A program made the translations under genes and the position numbers. 64,000 nt of DNA, taken from Candidatus Bathyarchaeum tardum (GTDB lineage Archaea; Thermoproteota; Bathyarchaeia; Bathyarchaeales; Bathyarchaeaceae). The notes below the pieces were generated by a model. That model was not told the origin of the DNA, did not search any database, and saw only the letters and a program-made list of their open reading frames with translations. How positions within the stretch are numbered: position 1 is the first letter of the stretch; the number at the start of each line of letters is the position of its first letter. Below, in pieces: positions 31,376 to 40,723 of this stretch. The DNA is taken from contig CP122380.1 in the NCBI GenBank assembly GCA_024650005.2, positions 1,344,001 to 1,408,000 of the forward strand. The letters run 5' to 3'.

Positions 31376-31696
31376 ATGAAAAAAGGGTTAAGTGAAACAT
31401 GCTACAAGTTCTTTGTTAACTTGGCAAATCCTGCCCGGTTAGCAATATTAGAACAACTGATGAAAAACCCAATGAGTGTAAACGAGCTCGCTGACGCTAT
31501 CGGGCAAGAACAAAGCATGGTTTCACACAACCTTAAACCCCTTCTTGAGTGCAACTTTGTTTACATCGAACCTGAGGGCAAAAAACGCATCTATTCAGTT
31601 AACAAAGAAACCGTTGGAACACTTTTTAGCGCAGTTGAAAACCACGCCAAAAAATTTTGCCCAACAGGAGGAAAATGTCACTTAAATCAAAAATAA
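31376..31696 (+). CDS. ArsR/SmtB-family transcriptional repressor
   Basis: LANPARLAIL, SVNELA, QSMVSHNL..L; Cys-rich tail CPTGGKC. Confidence 0.9.
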   Translation: MKKGLSETCYKFFVNLANPARLAILEQLMKNPMSVNELADAIGQEQSMVSHNLKPLLECNFVYIEPEGKKRIYSVNKETVGTLFSAVENHAKKFCPTGGKCHLNQK

Positions 31697-31705
31697 TTGA
31701 ATTTT

Positions 31706-33475
31706 TTACGTTACAGGGTGTATTAGCATTCTTTTTTTTGCATCTTGTTTAATGTAATAGTTCATTTTTCCGGTTTTGTTGATTTTAGGAACTGTAATAA
31801 CAAATTGTGCTCCTTGACCTTGTTTGCCTGTTTCTTGTATTACCCAACCATATGTTTCGCAAATCTTTCTTATCAAATACAATCCGTAGCCTGTTCCTTT
31901 GCCGTAACCCTCTGTGAATATTAGTTCCTTTTCTGATTCAGGTATTCCAATCCCATTGTCTTCATAAATTAGTTTTAGTTGGTTTTTTTCTTCTTTGTAG
32001 TATATTCTGAGTTGGTTTGCATATTCACTGTACTTAATTGTGTCATCAATCAGATTATAAAGCAACTGTCGCAGAAGGGAATCAGATAATAAAGTTAAAT
32101 CTTCGCATTCATTTACAACTTTTAGACCATTTAATCCATGAAGCATTGTTACTTCTTGAACAAACTTTTTCACATCGATGTATTCGAGTTCTTCTATTCC
32201 TAACATTTCATATGTTTTTGCAAAATCAAAAATTTGTTCCACTTTGTCAATTGCTTCTTCAATATTGTTAAGGTGTTCTATAGTTTGGGAATCATCCGCT
32301 TTTGTTTTCAATTTAGTTAAGTAAACACTATTTGCGATTACTGCAAGTTTGTTTCTAACGTCATGACGGGTAAATTTGCCGACTACACTCAACTTCTCAT
32401 TTGTTATTTTTAATTTGTTTTGAGACTCTTCTAGGTTCGTCAGCATTTTATTTATTTCATCAGCAAGGTTTGTTATTTCGTCATTTTTTCCTTTTACTGA
32501 AACCTTTTTTAAGTGTTTTCTTTGTGATTTGCTTATTTCTTTAACGCTACTGTTCAGTTGAGCTAATCGTGATAGTATTGTTTTTTCTAAAAACAGTATA
32601 ATTACTATGCTGAATGTTATTCCTGTAAATAGTAAAAGTAAAACAAAGTATGTTATACTTGAATTCCCTTGATTGTAGATATCTCGAGGTAACAGTGCCT
32701 CAATTACGAAACATGATTCTCCGTAGATGTCTTCAAATAACGCGTAACCTGCTATGATGTTAGGTGTTAGAGTTTTTAGAATCGTGTTTTGTTCTTCTGA
32801 GAAATCTACAAAAGCTTCCTGAAAATTATTTGATGTATCTGAATTAGTGAAATGTTGTAAACTAAGCTTCAACTGTGTCGTCTCGGCTAAACTTTCAAGT
32901 TGGATAGAATCAAAGTAGCGCCCCATAATTAAGGATCCAAGAATCGGACCTTCCTCATTACTCTTAACAATTGGGTTCGATGCAATCATCATTGGTCCCT
33001 CAGGAAGTAGCAAAAACCCATTGATTGTACTGTTTGTGCCAAAATGTTGCAGTAACTGCTTGTCAGGTGAAAGGTGTTCTTGAACGCTCTCTGGAATTGA
33101 TAATTCTTTTTCAGTCACCAAATCAAATGCTTTACCATAAACAACATCACCTAACCAGTTAACATATAATATGAGATTAAGTTTTGAACCAGTGAAGGTT
33201 TCATCAACTAAGTTTGATTCAATGTATTGTTCATTTGAATTTTGAATAAACTCATACGTGTCATCCCATGCTGCCCAATCATGAACAAAGACATCAAAGT
33301 TTCTCAAGTCTGCAGATAAAGAGTTGCGTAACCGTTCTAAATCTTGAATTGTATCTTGTTTTTCCAGTTTTGTAAAACTATCCAAAAAAACAATTTGTGA
33401 TGTAGTGTACTGAACCAAAATCAAGGCTGTGAACGTCAAAACTAAAATGATTACAATCTTCTTGCGTAGTCTCAA
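31706..33475 (-). CDS. CHASE4/HAMP sensor histidine kinase
   Basis: DWAAWDDTYEF (CHASE4), two TM, HAMP, H-box RHDVRNKL, DNGIGI and GTGYGL; likely TTG start at 33475. Confidence 0.9.
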   Translation of the reverse strand: MRLRKKIVIILVLTFTALILVQYTTSQIVFLDSFTKLEKQDTIQDLERLRNSLSADLRNFDVFVHDWAAWDDTYEFIQNSNEQYIESNLVDETFTGSKLNLILYVNWLGDVVYGKAFDLVTEKELSIPESVQEHLSPDKQLLQHFGTNSTINGFLLLPEGPMMIASNPIVKSNEEGPILGSLIMGRYFDSIQLESLAETTQLKLSLQHFTNSDTSNNFQEAFVDFSEEQNTILKTLTPNIIAGYALFEDIYGESCFVIEALLPRDIYNQGNSSITYFVLLLLFTGITFSIVIILFLEKTILSRLAQLNSSVKEISKSQRKHLKKVSVKGKNDEITNLADEINKMLTNLEESQNKLKITNEKLSVVGKFTRHDVRNKLAVIANSVYLTKLKTKADDSQTIEHLNNIEEAIDKVEQIFDFAKTYEMLGIEELEYIDVKKFVQEVTMLHGLNGLKVVNECEDLTLLSDSLLRQLLYNLIDDTIKYSEYANQLRIYYKEEKNQLKLIYEDNGIGIPESEKELIFTEGYGKGTGYGLYLIRKICETYGWVIQETGKQGQGAQFVITVPKINKTGKMNYYIKQDAKKRMLIHPVT

Positions 33476-33723
33476 GATAGAGTCAACACACCCACAATGG
33501 GTTCCCATTTTGTAGTGTGTATGTCTATATTGTTTGTGAATTTAGTGTCTTGATTCAAGTATTTATTGATTTCATAAATATTTTTGTAAAAATGTTATAT
33601 TTAGAAAAAAAGAAAGCAGTTCCAAAAACATTAATTGCTTTTTGCAGATATAACGAGTCAAATGTTCTAACAATTAACCTTGAACGTTTTTGGTGCTCCG
33701 TCAAATGTAGATTTGTATTTGAT

Positions 33724-33957
33724 TTATTGGACTACTTCAACTTTCTTGATTTCAGGCACTCGTTTTTTTATGCAGTTCTCGACGCCCCATTGCATTGTCA
33801 TTGCTGACATTGGGCATCCGTTACATGCACCTTTGAGTTTTACTTTTACGGTTCCCTTTTCTACGTCTACGAGTTCTATGTCTCCGCCGTCTGCTTGCAG
33901 TTGTGGTCTTACTTCTTCAAGACATTGTGCAACTTGTTCTTTGATAGTTTTTGCCAT
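33724..33957 (-). CDS. NifU C-terminal (Nfu-type) Fe-S carrier protein
   Basis: VRPQLQADGGDIELV, LKGACNGCPMS. Confidence 0.92.
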   Translation of the reverse strand: MAKTIKEQVAQCLEEVRPQLQADGGDIELVDVEKGTVKVKLKGACNGCPMSAMTMQWGVENCIKKRVPEIKKVEVVQ

Positions 33958-34007
33958 AAAATATCCCCTAACAAAATAATTGTGTGGGGCGATAATAAGT
34001 TATCTGT

Positions 34008-35270
34008 TTATAGGCGCTTTAATGCCAATCTGTATGCTATTGTTCCTATTGCAAACAATATTATTCCGGAAACAGTTAGGTACAGCAATTCTGGAAAAAT
34101 TACGTCGACACCAAGATTTCTTGTCATTATGGCTTTCATTGCATCAACCATTTTTGTAAAGGGTAGTGCTTGACCGAATGTTTGTGCGGCAGGGGGCATC
34201 ATTTCTAAGGGGAAGAACGCTCCAATGAAGAACTGTAATGGAACACTAATTATTACTGCAATTGAGTTTGCTGCCTCTTCATTTTTAGCAACAGAGGAAA
34301 TGATAAGACCAATACCTATGGCAGAAAGGGAACCCAAAAACATTGCCAAGATGATTACTGGAATGTTCCAGTAAAGATTAACCTGAAACAGTAGAACTCC
34401 ACTGGCGAGCATAATAAATCCAGACATGTAAACTAAAGCCAAGTTTGAGATTAATTTTCCAATCAAAACAACTGATGGCGACACAGGAGCGATAATCATT
34501 CTTTGGAATGTTCCTTTGGTGCGTTCAGTTGCAATGGTCATTGAAGCATGATTTAGTCCACTCCATAAAAGGACAAGACCCAGTGTTCCTGGAACCATGA
34601 AGTCGATCCATTGTAGATTATTTTCAGTGACTTCTGCGTTACTTGTTGTAACAATGATGGGGTCTGTAAGAACTTCAACAACCCCTTGCATCTCAACTGG
34701 AATGTACTCAATTATAATTTCTTGATAATGTTTAACAAACCCAGATATAAACCCGAGAATACTTTGTTGACGTATCATAGATGCCGTTGTATCAGTAGGA
34801 TCAACAAAAATTTCCAGATTAGCCTTTGTTGGAATTAGCATTCCAGTTTCATTAACGTAATGAAAAGCCAAGGTTTCAGTGAAATTAGCAGGAATCACCA
34901 AAATGACACCCAAATTTCCTCTGCTTATTTCATATGCAGCTGTCCCGTTAGAGTCTCTGTCCCCGTATTCATCAAAAGTACGAACAGAAAAGTTTGCTGT
35001 TTCAAGGGCTTCAATAAATGTGTCACCAATTGTGCCGTTAATGGAGGTTTTTCCGTTTATTTCAATTGATTCATTATCAAGGTTAACAACACCAACAACA
35101 ATGCTGCTTGTGGAGCTTGTTCCAGTTTGTCCAAAGGTAAAACCAATAATTAATATAAAGAATAATGGGAAAAGTAACGTGAAAAATATTGCAGTTTTGT
35201 TTCTGAGAACTCCTAGAAAATCAGTTTTTGCAACTGCCGCCACTTGATTTATTGTTCTTTTAAGTTTCAT
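34008..35270 (-). CDS. ABC-2 type exporter permease
   Basis: N-terminal TM, large extracellular loop, ERTKGTFQRMIIAP, five C-terminal TM. Confidence 0.9.
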   Translation of the reverse strand: MKLKRTINQVAAVAKTDFLGVLRNKTAIFFTLLFPLFFILIIGFTFGQTGTSSTSSIVVGVVNLDNESIEINGKTSINGTIGDTFIEALETANFSVRTFDEYGDRDSNGTAAYEISRGNLGVILVIPANFTETLAFHYVNETGMLIPTKANLEIFVDPTDTTASMIRQQSILGFISGFVKHYQEIIIEYIPVEMQGVVEVLTDPIIVTTSNAEVTENNLQWIDFMVPGTLGLVLLWSGLNHASMTIATERTKGTFQRMIIAPVSPSVVLIGKLISNLALVYMSGFIMLASGVLLFQVNLYWNIPVIILAMFLGSLSAIGIGLIISSVAKNEEAANSIAVIISVPLQFFIGAFFPLEMMPPAAQTFGQALPFTKMVDAMKAIMTRNLGVDVIFPELLYLTVSGIILFAIGTIAYRLALKRL

Positions 35271-35275
35271 TTTGT

Positions 35276-36232
35276 TTACTCCCTTAGAGTCCTTCCTGTG
35301 AGTGCAATGAACACGTCTTCAAGGGTTACGCGTGATAACTGAACTGACATGACTTTTGCCCCATCTTTTACAATAGTTGACACTATTTCGGGAAGTATGT
35401 CATCAGGGCAGTCGGTAATAACTTTCAATGTTTCCTTTTTTTCAGTTTCATCATATGCATTATAAGCGTTTTGTACTCCCGAAATTAGTTTAACATGCTC
35501 AATTAGTTTAGACTCAATCTTGTCTGGAACAATAGTTATTGTGTTCTCCATTTTAATTTCTTTAACTAACTGGTTTGGGCTACCCAAAGCAATAATTTTA
35601 CCGTGGTCCATGATTGCAACGCGGGTGCATAATTCTTCGGCTTCTTCCATCATGTGAGTAGTTAACACAATGGTTTTCCCTTGGCTCTTCAAAGATTCAA
35701 TAATTTCCCAAAGAGCAAGCTTGTTTTGTGGATCAAGTCCCGCTGTTGGTTCGTCTAACAATATTACTTCAGGCTCATGCAACAAGGCTGCAGCAATGTT
35801 TACTCGACGTTTCATTCCTCCGGAATACGTGGAAACATGACGTTTTACTGCTTTTTCTTCTAGCTGCGTAAACTTTAGCAGTTCCTGTATCCTTGTTTTG
35901 AGTTTTGTCCCCGATAATCCGTAAAGTCTTCCATAAAATGAAAGGTTCTCTTTTGCATTAAGGTAATCATACAACACAATCTCTTGAGGAACTACACCGA
36001 GATTTTCTTTGACTTTAATTGGATGTTTTTGAATATCGTAATCTCCGACTTTAATAGTTCCTGACGTGGGATTTATCATTCCTGAAATCATTTTTGTAAG
36101 CGTGGATTTACCTGCTCCGTTGGGACCAAGAAGACCAAATAATTCTCCTTTAGTAACATTGAGGGAAATGTTATCAACTGCTAGTGTATCTTCAAAACGT
36201 TTAGTTATTGCGTTTATTTCAATGCCGTTCAA
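35276..36232 (-). CDS. ABC transporter ATP-binding protein (DrrA-like)
   Basis: GPNGAGKST, YSGGMKRR, LLDEPTAGLDP, TTH, TLEDVF. Confidence 0.94.
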   Translation of the reverse strand: MNGIEINAITKRFEDTLAVDNISLNVTKGELFGLLGPNGAGKSTLTKMISGMINPTSGTIKVGDYDIQKHPIKVKENLGVVPQEIVLYDYLNAKENLSFYGRLYGLSGTKLKTRIQELLKFTQLEEKAVKRHVSTYSGGMKRRVNIAAALLHEPEVILLDEPTAGLDPQNKLALWEIIESLKSQGKTIVLTTHMMEEAEELCTRVAIMDHGKIIALGSPNQLVKEIKMENTITIVPDKIESKLIEHVKLISGVQNAYNAYDETEKKETLKVITDCPDDILPEIVSTIVKDGAKVMSVQLSRVTLEDVFIALTGRTLRE

Positions 36233-36657
36233 TTGTTATATCCCTCTACGTCTTTGAATTTTTGTGAATCCTGTTCAGTCATATCATATCCAATGCAACC
36301 AAACAGGGTATTTGTGAATTGTATTAATTTGCTATTAATGTTTTTGTTTATATTCAAAAATTGAAGTTTTTCAAGGTGCAATTATGAATAAACTATCCTC
36401 CATAAAAAACAGTTTGTGTCTAATAGTTAATAGGTTAGTTTGAATTTAATTTTGACATAGTCAAAATACATAATAAAAGAGCTGTTTTTAAAAACAATAT
36501 TTTTTCCTTAATTGTAATCGCAACGTAACAAGTCTGTTTTAAGAAAACATATCTTTAATTAAAATTTTATTAAAAATAAAACCACAAATTTTATTTCCTG
36601 CATTGCCATGCGTAGCTTTTGCGCTCTATGAGCGAATAATTGTGTCGGGGATTGAAT

Positions 36658-37071
36658 ATGAAAACAGAGATGATGATGAAAAAATTAGATACTGTAACAG
36701 AAGAACAATACGTATTGGCCAACGCGTGGGGACTTTCTACTGCAATTGACTTACATTATTGTGATCCAGAATTACTAACCAATCCAGAGGCAATTAGGGA
36801 TTATACTGCCAAAATCTGTAAACTCATTGATGCTAAACCTTGGGGACCGTGTCATCTCAACAACTTTGGGACAAACCCAGATGTCTTTGGTTATTCCATG
36901 GCCCAACTTGTTGAAACATCACTTGTGTCAGGTCATTTTGCAAACAAAACAAACCGAATTTTTCTTGACATTTTCAGTTGTAAATACTATGACCCATTAA
37001 AAGCAGTACAGTTTTCAAAAGAATACTTCAAAGCAAAAGATGTCAGCTACAAATGCTTATTAAGAAAATAA
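36658..37071 (+). CDS. speD: Pyruvoyl-dependent S-adenosylmethionine decarboxylase family proenzyme
   Basis: WG....DL..C, GYS..QLVETSLVSGH, LDIFSCK; cleavage site reads ET|S instead of the usual E|SH. Confidence 0.82.
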   Translation: MKTEMMMKKLDTVTEEQYVLANAWGLSTAIDLHYCDPELLTNPEAIRDYTAKICKLIDAKPWGPCHLNNFGTNPDVFGYSMAQLVETSLVSGHFANKTNRIFLDIFSCKYYDPLKAVQFSKEYFKAKDVSYKCLLRK

Positions 37072-37172
37072 AAACAAGTTAATTTTTCGATATCCCAGGT
37101 TTTCAGGAAAAGCTGATTACCGAATAAATTAATAATCTGGATTACTGTTATTGTTCTTGGAAAGTGGAAATA

Positions 37173-37721
37173 ATGAGTGAAGGCAAAATCCGGGGTAAAA
37201 TTTTAGTTGATTTATGGGCTGCAGAAAATCCATTGACCTTGCAAATAATTTCAGAAAAAGCAGGATTAAGTCCCTCTTCCACAATGGGTTACTTGTTGGG
37301 TCTCATAAAAGCAGAATACGTTTGTGTTCCCGAAAAACACCAATATACAATAACAATCTTAGGTAAACAAGCCCTAGGATTACCAAAAACTGACAAAGCA
37401 CTAGCTGAAAAAATTCTGTGTTCAGTGACCAAGGAAAACGCTTTTCATTTTTACAATGGCGTTGACAAGCCCTTAAATGTTAGCGCATTCAGCCTTAAAG
37501 ACTTCCTTGATAAAATTCAAACAATAGATATCCAATCAATCGAATTCCACATGAACAGCAAAGACTTTGAATGTTGGATAAACAGCACCTTATGTGATGT
37601 TGAATTATCCAAAAAAGTTGCACTGTTACGCGGGACAAACGTGTCAGGAGAGGAGCTCCGAAACAAACTTTATCAAACCGTTAAATCCAGATATAATGAA
37701 TTAGTTAATCTGGAAGCCTAA
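37173..37721 (+). CDS. Winged-helix + DUF5752-like domain protein, putative regulator
   Basis: N-terminal wHTH (STMGYLLGL..YTITILGK); C-terminal AFHFY..IEFHM..DFECWI..D.EL. Confidence 0.8.
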   Translation: MSEGKIRGKILVDLWAAENPLTLQIISEKAGLSPSSTMGYLLGLIKAEYVCVPEKHQYTITILGKQALGLPKTDKALAEKILCSVTKENAFHFYNGVDKPLNVSAFSLKDFLDKIQTIDIQSIEFHMNSKDFECWINSTLCDVELSKKVALLRGTNVSGEELRNKLYQTVKSRYNELVNLEA

Positions 37722-37747
37722 AAACCAAAACACAAATTTTAGACTAA

Positions 37748-38626
37748 ATGATTTCCTTAACCGAGGAAAAAGTAATGGAAATCATTTTTTCTGAAAAGTG
37801 TTTTGAATACAATTGGCCAGGGCACATAGAACGACCAGAGCGCATGAGCGAAGGTCTAGGAATATTACAAGAAAACTATGATTTTTTGGAACCCACAACA
37901 GCTTCAGAAAAAGACCTCTTAACTATTCACGCTAATGAGCATGTGAACCGTGTTAAAAATGCTGTATCATGGTCCCCCCTAGATGCAGACACCCCTGCAC
38001 CTGAAGGAATTTACAGTCATGCATTGTTGTCAGCAGGTGCCACATTGTTAGCTGCAGAAAAAAAGGCTTTTTCATATATGCGCCCTCCAGGGCACCATGC
38101 TGGAATAAATGGTCCTGCATTGGGTGCGGGAACTTTAGGTTTTTGTTACTTTAATAACATTGCATTAGCAGTAAAAAAGTTAGGTCTGCAGACTTTAATT
38201 TTGGATATTGATGGACACCACGGAAACGGGACGCAAGAAATTTTTCAAGACGATCCAAAAGTTACTTTTGTTTCTTTGCATCGGCACCCCGCATTTCCTT
38301 ATACTGGTTTTGTTTCAAAAAACAACTGTTTGAATTTTCCTTTACCTTACTCTACAGGGGATGCTTTGTACATAAAAACCCTTAGAAAAGCTTTGAATGA
38401 AATTAAAATGGGCAATATCGACTTGATTGCCCTTTCCGCGGGTTTTGACACTCATGAAGGCGATATTGTTTCTTTGGGTTTAACTAGCAGCAGATACCGA
38501 GAAATTGGACGAATAATTGGTGGTTTAAACAAGCCAATTTTTGGTACCTTAGAAGGCGGTTACATAGGAAAATACGTAGGTGTCGACGTTCACGAATTAA
38601 TTTCAGGCATTGAAGAAGTTCAGTAA
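37748..38626 (+). CDS. Histone deacetylase family (AcuC/AphA-like) amidohydrolase
   Basis: HIERPER, RPPGHHA, GFCYFNN, DIDGHHGNGTQ, SAGFD, LEGGY. Confidence 0.93.
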   Translation: MISLTEEKVMEIIFSEKCFEYNWPGHIERPERMSEGLGILQENYDFLEPTTASEKDLLTIHANEHVNRVKNAVSWSPLDADTPAPEGIYSHALLSAGATLLAAEKKAFSYMRPPGHHAGINGPALGAGTLGFCYFNNIALAVKKLGLQTLILDIDGHHGNGTQEIFQDDPKVTFVSLHRHPAFPYTGFVSKNNCLNFPLPYSTGDALYIKTLRKALNEIKMGNIDLIALSAGFDTHEGDIVSLGLTSSRYREIGRIIGGLNKPIFGTLEGGYIGKYVGVDVHELISGIEEVQ

Positions 38627-38714
38627 ACAATCTTTATACACAATGGGGTAAGATTGTTTTCAAAACAAAAATAAGTTGGTTATGGGTTTTTTGTTTAACC
38701 CAATAACCTATTGT

Positions 38715-39572
38715 TTAATTTTTTGGTCTAGCATACCATAGAACTTGTATTGGATAGATTTTGCTTGTTGCTGGCATGTAATTGTCTGTTCCGATAAATC
38801 GTGCGTAGACTTGTACTTTGTCATCCCAGAAATCTTTCTGTTTTGCTATCCAGTCGATTGAAAATGTTCCATCTGGATTTGTTTCCCCTGAAGCCAGAAA
38901 ATCGTCTCGTAGGAAAGAACGGTCATGCTCAAAAATGTGTATTGTAACACAGCCTATGCCTTCACATGAACCCGCCATGTTTAGTTTTCCGGTTAATGTT
39001 ACTTTTGTTCCTGATTCAACTTTTGTTGGTGGAGCATCTAAAGTGATAAAAGTATCATTTAATCCTGGCGCAGGTTCTTTGCAAACTTCTTTAGGTTCGT
39101 ATGGCATATACGTAATTGATTCTGTAGTTACATTGGCGTTACAACTTTTCATTACTGCTTCAGCAAGTTGTCTGTCTTTTGTTTGTTGGTCAACTGTTAA
39201 ATCCTCGATTTCGGCATCACAACTGTTTTGTACTGCTTCAATTCCTTGCATTGCCCCTTGTTTTGTTTCGTATCCTTGGCTTGCTGCAATAATTTCCCCA
39301 TTTGACGCTTTCAAGTTGAACCTAAATTCGTGAGCAGTGTCAATAAAAACTTCATATTTTGGATTGTTTATTTTTTCCATACCTGTTGTCTGGTCTTCCA
39401 CGTGCGAACCACAGTTAGCTTGAACCGATTTTACTCCGTTTATGCATGCTGCTTTGCTTTCGTAGGCTTCACTTACTGCAATGATTTTATTGTTAGGCGC
39501 TCGAAGCCTAAACCGAAATTTTCCTGCTACATCTTGATAGATTTGATATTTTGCTTTCAAAAAAATCACCAT
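38715..39572 (-). CDS. Tandem DUF1508 (YegP-like) protein with extra C-terminal Ig-like domain
   Basis: Two repeats, FRFRLRAPNNKIIAVSEAYESK and FRFNLKASNGEIIAASQGYETK; C-terminal beta-sandwich-like region. Confidence 0.85.
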   Translation of the reverse strand: MVIFLKAKYQIYQDVAGKFRFRLRAPNNKIIAVSEAYESKAACINGVKSVQANCGSHVEDQTTGMEKINNPKYEVFIDTAHEFRFNLKASNGEIIAASQGYETKQGAMQGIEAVQNSCDAEIEDLTVDQQTKDRQLAEAVMKSCNANVTTESITYMPYEPKEVCKEPAPGLNDTFITLDAPPTKVESGTKVTLTGKLNMAGSCEGIGCVTIHIFEHDRSFLRDDFLASGETNPDGTFSIDWIAKQKDFWDDKVQVYARFIGTDNYMPATSKIYPIQVLWYARPKN

Positions 39573-39608
39573 ATAAAATAATATGTTGAATACGGTTAAA
39601 GATTGCTA

Positions 39609-39642
39609 CTAAAAACGTGTAAAATATGTTACACGGTTTTAG
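39609..39642. promoter_or_regulatory. Long inverted repeat in a divergent promoter (putative operator)
   Basis: CTAAAAACGTGTAA-AATATG-TTACACGGTTTTAG; 13 of 14 arm positions are complementary. Confidence 0.55.
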
Positions 39643-39778
39643 AAATATTGCCAAAAATATTAATGTCCACATTTTCTGATGCTTAACTATAAATCGTTTT
39701 TTAGCACGTGTTTGATGAGCAAAACTAAATTTAAAAATAGCTTTAAAGCACCTCCGAAATAATTATTATAGGATTTTA

Positions 39779-40480
39779 ATGATATTCAAAACTAAAATTA
39801 CTGATATTATTCAAAGAACCCATGACGTGAAAAGTTACCGTTTTTCCAAACCAGATTCTTTTGAATATACTGCAGGTCAATATTTGATTATATCTTTGCC
39901 CAACGGAAAAGGCGGTTCGTTGAGAAAGCCTCTTACCCTTTCTAGCAGCCCCACAGAGGATTTTATTGAAGTAACAAAAAAATTAACTGATGGTCATGAA
40001 TTTTCTGAAGCTTTCAAACATCTCGATGTAGGAGATGAAGTGCAATTAGATGCCCCCTATGGACAATTTGTCCTTGACGAGAAACAAAATAAAATTGCAA
40101 TGCTTTCAGGAGGGATTGGAATTACGCCTTTTAGAAGCATATGTAGGTACGCCACTGATTTGAAATTAAAAACAGATATTTTTCTTTTTTATGGGAACAA
40201 AACGTCAAAGGATATAGTCTTTAAACAAGAATTTGACCAAATGAAAGACGAAAATCAACAATTCAAAATTGTGTATACCTTAACGCGACAAGACCCCAAT
40301 TGGACTGGACAAACTGGACACATTGATGCTAATCTAATAAAAAACGAATTACCTGACTACTCCCAAAGAATGTTTTACCTTTGTGGACCCCCTGGAATGA
40401 TGAAAGCAATGCAAGACTTCCTTCAAGAGTTGGGCGTAACAAAACAAAAAATAAGTGTAGAAAAATTTCCAACAAATTAA
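39779..40480 (+). CDS. FNR-family FAD/NAD(P)-binding oxidoreductase
   Basis: RKPLTLSSSP, PYGQF, GGIGITPF, YLCGPPGM. Confidence 0.9.
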   Translation: MIFKTKITDIIQRTHDVKSYRFSKPDSFEYTAGQYLIISLPNGKGGSLRKPLTLSSSPTEDFIEVTKKLTDGHEFSEAFKHLDVGDEVQLDAPYGQFVLDEKQNKIAMLSGGIGITPFRSICRYATDLKLKTDIFLFYGNKTSKDIVFKQEFDQMKDENQQFKIVYTLTRQDPNWTGQTGHIDANLIKNELPDYSQRMFYLCGPPGMMKAMQDFLQELGVTKQKISVEKFPTN

Positions 40481-40723
40481 CAGCAAAAACACATTTCATT
40501 TTACCTTGAAAATTGTTAGTATCTTTGTTAGTGAATGATAAAGAACTGAAAACAGCGCTAAAACAAATATTGCTCCCAAAATAAAATAAATGGTAATTTT
40601 CGCCAAAAAAGCTATAAATGCAAGTTTTAACAATCAATTCACAAGTCTTCTCTATTTATCGAGTGAGGATGAGTTAATAAACCAAAAAAAGCATGAAAAA
40701 TTTGAAAGTTGAGCTGAAAATGT

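Noticed and set aside
36619-36636. CGCTC-TAT-GAGCG hairpin upstream of speD as a SAM or polyamine riboswitch
   Set aside because: Only a 5-bp stem and no recognisable riboswitch consensus.
38818-39333. Long antisense ORFs (for example 38818-39333, 53822-54331, 41477-41872)
   Set aside because: They lie fully opposite well-supported genes and have no motifs; treated as shadow ORFs.
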